DNA of 62,899 nt, counting the filler, from Stramenopiles sp. TOSAG23-6 (taxonomy: Eukaryota): assembly GCA_900128565.1 (NCBI GenBank). It is 10 parts of 10 records of this genome, joined end to end, with 100 filler letters (N's around TTAATTAATTAA, not from the genome) between each part and the next. Parts side by side here need not be neighbours in the genome. Positions count along the whole stretch, not along the records: positions 50,953 to 59,319 come from LT636459.1; positions 59,420 to 60,513 come from LT639739.1; positions 60,614 to 61,706 come from LT639740.1; positions 61,807 to 62,899 come from LT639741.1; 6 more parts are not named here. One strand, given 5' to 3'. The notes beneath the pieces are model-generated. The model saw only the letters and a list, made by a program, of their open reading frames with translations. It had not been told where the DNA came from and did not search any database. Below are positions 53,170 to 62,899 of the stretch, piece after piece. Made by a program: the position numbers and the translations under genes. Numbering within the stretch: position 1 is the first letter of the stretch; every line of letters begins with the position of its first letter.

Positions 53170-55130
53170 TTATTTCGAATTTTTATTACCACTGAGCATA
53201 TCATACACGACTACTTTCATTTGCTTTTTCTTTGGAAAAACTTTTGTTTTCACTTTTTTTCTAACTTTATTCCAATGTAAATTGTTTTTGCCAGGTTTTG
53301 TTTTCAATTTTATTTTTTGAGGATTGGCGTTTTGTCTAAGTAGTAATTTTTCCCTCGTTACCTTTTTCTTCATTTGTTTGGAATTCAATTTTAGTTTTTG
53401 ATCATTGGCGTTGTGTTTCAGTTGTATTGTTTTTCTTTTTACCTTTTGCTTCAAATTTTGGATATTATTTTGTTTTTTTGATTTAACTTTTCTTTTACTT
53501 TTTGCTTTCCGTTTAGTATCATGTTGGACATCATTATTTTCTAGAGGGGTTGGACCAGGTAAATCCAAAATAGTTTTTTTCTTTTTTGTGCTAAATTTCC
53601 GAGAATGACTGATATATGGCGTCTTCATATCGAACGTTGAATGTTCATCGCTCGTAGTATGGTTAAGTAATCTTCGATGTTTCTCCTCATTCTTTCTCCA
53701 ATAGGTTGCCCAAACTCCATCCACAGGAGCTTCCTCCTTGATGGATAAATTGTGAAAAATATTTTTTTTTAGTAAAAAAAAATCGTTAGGTACAAAACTT
53801 TCATAGTAACAAACAAAAATGAGATTAATGATGAAAACGTACTTGGATGTCGTATTGAATTTGTCTGTGTCAAAAAAAAACTTTTACCATCATTCTCTTC
53901 AGCATCATATTGATTGTTTTTTATAGCTATGCCATCACTTATATTCCATTTTCTTTCACAATCTTTTTCTATTTCTGAGAGTAAATTTTCAATATCCAAA
54001 TCTAATGCCTCCTTTACCAAGTTTTGATCCACTTTATCATTAAGAAAATTTTCTTCACAATTCAGATTTAAACCCCTATTCGCAAATAATGAACACATTG
54101 TATCTCGAGCAGATTTTAACATTTGCTCTTGCTTTAAACGTCTATGATGATGAATCAATCTCTTTGATCGCAGTCTATTTGGAGAAGACGTAAAATGATG
54201 TAATCTATTTCGAGAAGATTTAGGAGAAGAAGACACAATGAAACGCCCAGATGATTTGTTGGAATACGCCGAATATGCTGATAGTGCTTTACTACCTCTA
54301 TGGCGCCTATTAATACGTTTAGTATTTAGTGGTGTAGTATTATCATCAATCCAAGATGGATGGAGCAACTCTGCGTGACTAGACCCTCGACTTGAAGAAT
54401 TATTCACAACTAAATGTATCTCTCTTTTTTCTGCATCAGATGCGATTGTCTTCAACATTTGTTTACGTTGTTTCGCTGTCAACCTGAGATGTCTTGTACA
54501 AAAACCTCGCCACATTTTCTGCATTTTGGTTGCCGCTACATTTCTCTTTTTCATTAGTTTTCTTCTTTTTCTACGAGATGTCTTTTTGCGAACAAATTTT
54601 GACGCATTCCTTGTGAGAACTTTAGATGCAGCTTCATACAATCGCTTCTGTGCTTGCGCGCGAGTCCAACGTTGAATTATTTTTACAGTATCACTATAGA
54701 CTTCCCGACACTGTTTTTCATATTCGGTTCGTATTTGGTGCATAAGCCACGCCCGTTGAATTGCTCTTGCAGCAGATGTTTGACGTCGATGTTCAAGAAT
54801 TAGTCGTCTAGAATCAATCGCGTCTAGAAAACGTCTTGCTTCACTCTGAATAGTTCGTGCAGCATGATTAAGCACGAACTCAGCCTGTTTTCGACGGTCG
54901 TATCGTACCATATTACGCTGAACTCTAAGTGATAATACGCGTTCTGCTTCTTCCAATTTATCGAGTTCGCGCTGAGCAGCTTGCATGGACTCAATTGCTT
55001 TTTGTCGCAACTTCTCTGTGCGTCGCCGCTTTCTCTCTAATAATCTCTGCACAGCTTCCTCTGAGGAGTCGTCGTAGTATTTGCCTACATTAGAACCTCT
55101 CATTTGACGAAGAGATCGAAGATGAGACAT
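53170..55130 (-). CDS. IQ-motif, Lys/Arg-rich protein; exons 55130-53843 and 53744-53170
   Basis: AARTIQSEAR, AARAIQRAW, ATKMQKMWRG. Confidence 0.75.
53745..53842 (-). other. Introner-like intron GT..AT (98 nt)
   Basis: cca a|gtacgttttc...cacaatttat|cc atc aag, phase 1. Confidence 0.75.
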
Positions 55131-55419
55131 CACCCCTAATAGAACGTCTGAAAAAAAAAACAACTACAGTAATAAAGCATCGAAAGACATGACGATCGAT
55201 GCAAAATATTATATAAACTATTGAAAAATTTCCGTTTTTATATACATTTATCAAACTTCGACGATTGCGTCTAACGACTGAAAATAAAAACAAAAATATA
55301 GCAACAGTTACGGTTTTAGACGTTTCGGAATATTTTTACATCAGTCAAAAACGAAATTACACAAGTATACTTTGCCTCTATTAAAATAACAAAGTAAACT
55401 TCTGAAACTATTTGTTGGA

Positions 55420-55974
55420 ATGGGTAAAAAGAAAAAGGGAGGGAAGAAAAAGGGAGGGAAAAAGAAAGGAGGGAAAAAAAAGAAAGGAGGAGGATCTGGT
55501 TCGAAACATGTAAATATCGGACGGCCGCCTATGAAAGCAGAACCAGATGACTATGTTAAAATTCTAGTTAAATTGTGTCACTGGAACTTTATGGATTTTG
55601 AAATGGTTTTACCCACACATACAAAGCTTTTTATCATTAAACGAAAGCTTATTGAAAAATTTGGGAAAATGGATAACTTTAAAATGTATCGAAGTGATAA
55701 AAGTATGTCAATGTTAGAAAAAAATCTTCTTGTTGATGAATTGTCGACATTAGCTGAAAACGACTTTAAGGGTAAACCTTTCGACCCTACAAAGACGACG
55801 TCGGAAGAAGTTGAAAATAAAGTAGATGATGTTCCAGAGGAGAATAATGAAGATGACGCAAACGTAGAAGAAATAAATGAAGGTGACGTAGATCTTCCGG
55901 AGTATGTAATAATGTTTGACTACACTCCAAACTCAAATGACGCTCCCCTCCTTCTAGCTGAGACTATATTATAA
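55420..55974 (+). CDS. Hypothetical protein with GKKKKGG N-terminus and possible ubiquitin-like fold
   Basis: 184-aa ORF with clear start and stop. Confidence 0.65.
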   Translation: MGKKKKGGKKKGGKKKGGKKKKGGGSGSKHVNIGRPPMKAEPDDYVKILVKLCHWNFMDFEMVLPTHTKLFIIKRKLIEKFGKMDNFKMYRSDKSMSMLEKNLLVDELSTLAENDFKGKPFDPTKTTSEEVENKVDDVPEENNEDDANVEEINEGDVDLPEYVIMFDYTPNSNDAPLLLAETIL

Positions 55975-56467
55975 TTTTTTGTCTACACTCCAAATTCTTC
56001 TTTTAGCTGAGACTATATTATAATTTTTTGCCTACACTCCAAATTCCAACAATGCTCCACTTCCTCTTGCTTGCTGAGACTGGTACATATTAATTTAAAC
56101 TGGTGTAATAAATAATCATCAAATATATTTGACTTTGACACTCCTGTCATGATAAATTTCAAATTGACTTTTTTGTACTAAAATTCGTATCAAACGAATT
56201 TGTTTCTGTGACAAGAACATGAAATTCATTATATACCTAATGAACTATATTGAGTTAGAGAAAACATTTTGTTTTGAATGTAAGACAAGAGCAACAATAA
56301 TTTCAAGTAATTAGTGTTTTATATACAAATGGAAAGTACCACAATTAACACCAGTATACTTAAATATATACAATACAAATACAAGTAACATATAAAGTCA
56401 CATATTATTGTCATACTCGTGAGATACAGGTTAGTCGTACTAACCCGTAAATTCATAAATTAAATGT

Positions 56468-59319
56468 TCATATAAGAACATCAGATCCTGAGCTACCACT
56501 CATCCACTCCATGGACTCATCTTCATCCCAAGACGATTCTTCTGACAAATCTACCACAGCCTCTTTCTTAGGATGATATTTGTCACCACCTGACATACCC
56601 TGTGCATCATCATTGGTGTGTACCTTGGCCATCGGAACTGCATCGGCAACAGGATACCTGTCATCATAATTATTGGTGTTACTGTTGTGGCGTTGTGGTT
56701 TTCCAGCTCCTTGACCTTTATTATAAGGATTTCGATCTCTTCCTCTTGAATCTTCCTCTTCCCGTACTTTATCATAAGGATTTCGATCTCTTCTTCTTGA
56801 ATCATATTCATCATCATCTCGGCCTTTATTATAAGGATTTCGATCTCTTCTTCTTGAATCATATTCATCATCATCTTGACCTTTATTATAAGGATTTCGA
56901 TCCCTTCTTCTTGAATCCTCCTCTTCCCGTACTTTATCATAAGGATTTCGATCTCTTCCTCTTGAATCATAATCATCATCATCTCGACCTTTATTATAAG
57001 GATTTCGATCCCTTCTCCTTGAATCTTCCTCTTCCCGAACTTTATCNTAAGGATTTCGATCTCTTCCTCTTGAATCATCTTTCCCCGATCCCCAACGAGA
57101 TTTCTTCTTTGCATTAGGAGTTCGCTGATCATTAGAGTGAGTAGTACTCGAAGCAACTTCCATGGCCGAAATAGGAGCAGGATATACTTTAGTACTCTTC
57201 AATTTTTCGTCAGATAATGATCCTTTATTTTGGGCCCTGATAGATTTAGCATAGTCCTTGACTTCATTCAATTCTTTTTTTCTTTTGCGTCTTACGTAAT
57301 AATCTTCCAAATAACATCGTATAGGATGATACATACATATCAACAATATTCCACTGAGGACTAATATAATAATATTTGAACAAAGAAGAAATTGCCCTAA
57401 TTTATCATCGCTACTACTTAAAGCTTTTCCAGATAGAAGCAAGTTGGTATAGTATGTTAAAAAGAGCATAATTTCCAATATTAGCTGTAAAACATTATCT
57501 ACAGTCCGTTTAAATGGCTTTAAGCCAGTGAATAATGTCAAGAACATAGTAGAGACAAACACGGCAACACCATCACGTAACACTCCCTTCTGATATGCAG
57601 CCAGCATACCTGTCATCATTACCTTACGCACCATTTCTACACATTCATACCACCATAACTGCTGTCGATAACCCAAAAATAATATTCCATAGGCTAAAGT
57701 AACTTTTTGATGAGTGTTTCGCATTTCTTTATTTTCTGAAATAGCGTCGTACATTTCTTTTGACATTTCATCCTCCGCGATAAGCCAGTTTCTGTTTTTA
57801 TATAAAGTATAGAAACAGAATAAAGGAATTCCTATGATATACAAAACTGTAAAAATAGTGGCGGACACCATCAATGTCCGGTATCTATCCCCATCACATT
57901 CTATACTAATATCAGCGCGAAGATACTCCTTATCATTTAGTGTAAAGCAGTTAAAAGTACGGAAACATCTCACTGATAAGCCAGGGTAGAGAAAGAAAAC
58001 GATACCCCACATTATACGTGTCACAGTCATTCTAGCACTAAGTAAAGTAAATCGCTGTTTACCAAAATGCCTTATAATCATATATGCTGTAAAGTAAGCT
58101 AAAAAGCACATACTAACCAAAGCTGGTAACAATGACATATGCGCATAAAATGCCTCCGCAAAGTCTGCAGAAAAGTTGCAAGGGTAACACCATGCAGCAA
58201 TCCTTAGTATGTCGCAGTCAAAGAAAAAGAATGAAGAATACAGTCTTTCAAATTCATGGGGGTATGCCCCCGCAGCACCAGTAGCTCCTAATTGACATAT
58301 TATTTGAATATAAGACACAACAATTCTAAAGGTTCCGAAAAGTTCTTCATTGTGTTTTTGTCTGCAAGATTCCGCATGAGTTTGTGTACCTCTCGCTGAT
58401 GTTGCCTCCAGGCGCTTTCGATGTTTTCGTAATTTACGATCTAAAAGTGATTCGGGATTCTGCAGTGCTTTTTGTCGTAATTTTCTCATTGTAGCTAGTT
58501 GACCTGAACTTGTGTAATTTTGTTTTTGCTCCTTTGTTGATATGGCATAATCAAACATAAAATTTTGTTCACGTTGCTTTAGCTTTGATACTTTTGCAAT
58601 TTTATTCCTTAGCTTTCGTCTCCTTTTTTCAACCATATCGCTAAACACCTTGTGGTCTGTTCTCAGTGTCATAAACATGAGAAAAACTACATATGCAATT
58701 AGACAAGTAACTCCCGCAAGTTCTAGCACACTCGAACTTTTTAAACGTTCCTTCTCCGAACAATTTGCACACTCCACATTTGAGACTGGAATGATAAATG
58801 AACGCGAACCAATTTCCCAATTGCTACCTTCTTCGCAACCAAAATTCCACTTTTCAAAACACTGAGATTCACATTCTGCATTAGTGATATCTTTGTTTCC
58901 AGCACAAGAAGCAACACACTTGTCGTATTTCTTTTGTGAACAACATGTTCCGCACAATGGACCTGTATGTCCTTCAGCACAATTTTGCCAAATACTTCCA
59001 CCCTGACAAATAGCTTTTGATCTTGAAGCAGGGACTATGTACTCTGTACAGGCAATTGGACCATCTGTTGAAAACTTATCTGGTGTTGAATAAACGTGAC
59101 TCGGTACTTGCCAATACCCTGGTGCAAGGGCCATCTTTCTCTCTTCGTGCTCGGTTACGAGTGCAATACCTTTTTTACAATGTTCAGGATCTTCTGAATT
59201 TGATGTAGCAGTTGGGTCAGTTGGGTCAATTGTAGTACATAATCCACACATTGTGCCAATTGGACAGAGAGAGCATTGAGTTTGAAGAGTGTCTCTCCCA
59301 CTAAGCTTTTCAAGTGGAA
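56468..59319 (-). CDS. Cys-rich ectodomain, multi-TM membrane protein (GCC2/GCC3-associated type), 5'-partial, with tandem-repeat tail
   Basis: PGYW, CAEGHTGPLCGTC, YLRADISIEC, YGILFLGY..WWYECVEMVRK; DSRRRDRNPY repeats at ~56710-57090. Confidence 0.8.
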
Positions 59320-59419
59320 NNNNNNNNNNNNNNNNNNNNNNNNNNNNNNNNNNNNNNNNNNNNTTAATTAATTAANNNNNNNNNNNNNNNNNNNNNNNNN
59401 NNNNNNNNNNNNNNNNNNN

Positions 59420-59483
59420 TTGTTAGGTACAAAATTTCGTACGAAAAATAAATAAATTCGAAATTGAAAAAAAAATAACATAC
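59420..59483 (-). other. Introner-like intron, 5' part
   Basis: cat|gtatgt...cgtacgaaattttgtacctaac at contig end. Confidence 0.8.
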
Positions 59484-60224
59484 ATGCAACATTTTTCGTT
59501 TTTCTGTTGTGTCGATTTCATGAAGAGGTAAAGTCAATATTGATTTCAAACCAGTCAACTTTGAAGGAAAATGAAAGATATTCCATGGTATATCATTATT
59601 ATTATTACTACTATACTCATACAGCTGATTTGCAAGATTCGTTGATATTTTATTCAAAGTTGCATTTAAATTATCTGCAAAAAAGGCTTCGACAATGACG
59701 TCTAATTTTGCACTTTTAGAAGAAACGTTGCACTTTGCACCATCTAAACAAATTCCACTAGTAGATGCGTGAATGTCTGTGGAATCTAATGAGGGTAAAG
59801 TGTCTGAGATTGATGAAAGTAAATCAATTTCTAGAAGACGAGATAAACCTTCGAACTTTGTAGTGAACCAGTCTTCTGCTTTTTTAGTTCTTTTAATACG
59901 GTTTGAGTAGCCTTTTTTTTTGCGTTTACTATTGATCTTCTTTGTGTTATTGCGACATTTGCTCATATTACCACATTCTTCCTTTTCTGTAGTACAAGAA
60001 CTTTCAAGTGCTGAACGAATACTTACTGAAGTTGTGTCCCTTGAGGTGTGTATTGTACCATTTGGTAACAAAAAGTGTGTAGTTGGTGAACGTAACCGTT
60101 CAATACAGCGCAAAACTTCAAAATGTAACATGCTATTGTATCCCATTTTTGCGTTACAACTAGACCATACAATCTGGATATTCAGAGGCACGCGGCAACG
60201 TATAAAGAAACTATTTTCACTCAT
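59484..60224 (-). CDS. Hypothetical protein, first exon
   Basis: Long ORF ending at a family donor. Confidence 0.55.
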
Positions 60225-60975
60225 TCTTGTATATTTAACAGGTTGTTTGTTTTGTGCAAAGTGGGTGGTGAGTTTGGACTGACTGATGTCAAAAAACGAA
60301 AAAACACGAAATTTGCTATCGAGAGCCAGCGCGGCCAAACAACTTTAAAACTTAGTAAGGTTCAAGGATTTTATACTCAACCTCCGACTTGTCCGCTATC
60401 TTTTATTCAAAAGTTTAAAAGATTCAAGGATTTTACTTAGAATTTAGTGGCTCGACTTCGACTTGTCCACTATCTTTTGAACAAAAAGGCATAAAGATTT
60501 ACAATTTCCTAACNNNNNNNNNNNNNNNNNNNNNNNNNNNNNNNNNNNNNNNNNNNNTTAATTAATTAANNNNNNNNNNNNNNNNNNNNNNNNNNNNNNN
60601 NNNNNNNNNNNNNTTATTGAATAAAATACAAATTCAATGTATTTTTTTGGTAGTTTTTTTGTGCTTAATTTATGTAATTACCTGATTACCTGCAATAGTA
60701 CACATTTGTAGTTTTTTTCAATCCATGATATGATTATGATGTATAAATTACCAATTTGGGGTAATGCTACAGTCTTTGGCCAAAATAGGAATATATTCCC
60801 CTTGATCGATTTATTTACCGGGTAACACATTTTTTTGACTCGATTCGATTTAACTACAATTGAAATGATTGAAATTGCGATGGTCAAAGTCGCGAAAAAA
60901 ATACATTAAATATTAAAAAGGTACACTCCACCTTGGGGGGGCATCTCAATAGATTTCTTGGTATTACACTTACTC

Positions 60976-61706
60976 ATGAAGAGTAGTCAAACATATGGTT
61001 CTGTATATGATGACCAGCGCCGCCAAGGGCGAGATTACACGCGGTTAGCTTTCACGGTAACATCTACGACGTTGATAGGACAGCAAGTGTTTATACTAGG
61101 TGACGCTCATGCGCTAGGCTCTTTTTCATTACAGGATGCTGTACCTCTTGAGACTTCACCTTCTGAATACCCTTTATGGAGAACTTCCCACGACATTTTA
61201 GTACCAAAGGATGTTCCTTTAGTTTTTAAGTGCGCCTTGTATTCTGGTGGAGAGTTTCAAGAATGGGAGTCAATTGATGGGCAACGTGTGATAACCCCTC
61301 GAGGACGTCGACAACACGTGGAAGTTATCTTTGGCCAAGCTGGAGGTGTTGCTGCCGAAAGTGACGATGAGACTACACCTAAACCTGATATAGATGATGG
61401 TGATATTTCTACCATAGATAAAACTTTGATGAGCAGCTCGCCGTTGAATAATGTCGAGCAAACTGAACGTGGCATGTCAAGTAGTCAAACTCCAACTAGC
61501 GCCACAGAAACCAACTCTACTACCTTAGAATCCCAAAAAAAAAGACGGGGAAGTTCACGCAAACGACCCAATAGTAATAAATCGGGGCATCAACAAATTC
61601 AAGTGCAGCAGACAACTTTATTTGGGGGAGATCATAGTGTACAGAAATTGATTGATGCGACAACACTTTTAGAGGATGAACAAAGAGATGTCGAAAATGT
61701 TGGCCA
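60976..61706 (+). CDS. CBM20 starch-binding domain protein, 3'-partial
   Basis: TLIGQQVFILGDAHALGSF...AVPL...YPLW...FK...WES...R. Confidence 0.8.
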
Positions 61707-61806
61707 NNNNNNNNNNNNNNNNNNNNNNNNNNNNNNNNNNNNNNNNNNNNTTAATTAATTAANNNNNNNNNNNNNNNNNNNNNNNNNNNNNNNNNNNNNN
61801 NNNNNN

Positions 61807-62144
61807 CAAAGGTTTGACTTTTGGCTATTACAGTACACACAATCGCGACACTCCGGAATGTATAATGGAATTACATGGTCACCAACAGCAACATTAGTAA
61901 CACCTTCGCCAATAGATTCAACAATACCACCGCCTTCATGGCCTAGCAAAACAGGAAAGCCGGAGGGGTAATTACGGGGTTCAGACCAATCTGTATGACA
62001 GACTCCACTAGCCAAAATTTTGACACGAACTTCACCAGCGCGTGGGGGTTCTACTTGGATATCATTAACCACAAGATCAGCTCCGTTCTCCCACATAAGA
62101 AGAGCTTTGCACGTTATAGTTTCTGCTGACGTTTCTGCTTTCAT
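61807..62144 (-). CDS. Zinc alcohol dehydrogenase, class III-like, N-terminal part
   Basis: GVCHTD, LGHEGGGIVESIGEGVT, IPLYIPECRDC. Confidence 0.9.
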
Positions 62145-62413
62145 TTTCGAATATTAGAAAATAGTTTTATTTATTGTGACGACGATATGTGCATAAATGC
62201 ATGTGACTGACTTCGTAGTATGTCACGTGAGAATGATGTGATGCATTTTCACTTAAGGATTTCGTGTGCTTTTAACAGTTACACCACAGACTGCGCAGAA
62301 ATTTCTGTGGAAAAAATTCGATCTGGGCATCAAAAACTATACGCCGTACGTATCATGGGAAGTTTATGTTGTTTATGTTGCTGAATTAGTTAATTGAATT
62401 TGCATCCGAGACG

Positions 62414-62899
62414 ATGTCTCTGTATAAAGGTGGCTTCAAGCGCACACCTCTCAAAATGACAGGTGCAATTGTATATAGTTTACTTGACTTCTATTTATTG
62501 CTTCAGTTTTGGCTACACTGTCGTAGTCAACATAACAAGCTCTCGTTCAAGATGGGTTTTATAATTCTTTGCTTACTTTGGGTGACTACTCGCGCTCTCT
62601 TTTGGATTGAAATGATGACTCTTCGTGCTGATAATAGTGATAATCAGAACGATGGAGAAATTGTAGTTTTTATGCTCTCACCAACTATTCAATTCGCGAC
62701 GTTTGCTTATTTGTGTCTCTTTTACCAGAAGATTCTGACGGACATACATAATCTAACAAATGGTCTTCGACTATGGGCTAAATACCGCCGCTCCGCATAT
62801 TGTATATATACTGTTATGGTAATGACATTTGGACTACTTTCTGGGTTGCTAATAATAACTCCACATAGTGATGATGAAGGAAGGAACAGGTTTCATCAG
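62414..62899 (+). CDS. GPR137/TM7SF1-like multi-pass membrane protein, 3'-partial (absent from the ORF track)
   Basis: Hand translation: LLQFWLHCRSQHNKLSFKMGFIILCLLWVTTRALFW. Confidence 0.65.
   Translation, partial: MSLYKGGFKRTPLKMTGAIVYSLLDFYLLLQFWLHCRSQHNKLSFKMGFIILCLLWVTTRALFWIEMMTLRADNSDNQNDGEIVVFMLSPTIQFATFAYLCLFYQKILTDIHNLTNGLRLWAKYRRSAYCIYTVMVMTFGLLSGLLIITPHSDDEGRNRFHQ

Noticed and set aside
56551-57156. Overlapping alternative-frame and antisense ORFs (also 1805-2186, 32255-32710)
   Set aside because: Shadows of low-complexity coding repeats.

Overview
AT-rich eukaryotic nuclear DNA, probably a flagellated stramenopile-like protist (inferred from SPAG6/PF16, WRKY19-like zinc fingers and GCC2/GCC3-type membrane proteins). 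The window is ten contigs in decreasing length order, joined by artificial N44-TTAATTAATTAA-N44 linkers, so adjacency across linkers means nothing. Recognisable genes include DPH2, a Nudix hydrolase, a giant REJ/EGF protein, methylmalonyl-CoA mutase, an L-type lectin, two mitochondrial carriers, eRF1, NSRP1, OMA1, SPAG6, a class III ADH, and ankyrin and DUF4116 repeat proteins. Main observation: many genes are interrupted by a family of mostly 90-140 nt introner-like introns. They have a GTAYGTTTT donor, a palindromic GTACGAAATTTYGTAC core fused to a CTAAC branch motif, and an AAATATTTTTYCAMAATAC box. Most end in AT instead of AG (occasionally GT, TG or TT), and some donors are GC, AT, GG or GA. 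Restored reading frames and conserved codons support these boundaries, but there is no RNA evidence here. Secondary observations: a tandem structured snRNA-like element with a compensatory change, a recurring TACCGGGTA promoter motif, a DPH2 lacking its usual cysteines, and a chimeric gene junction inside an intron element. All coordinates and counts were done by hand.
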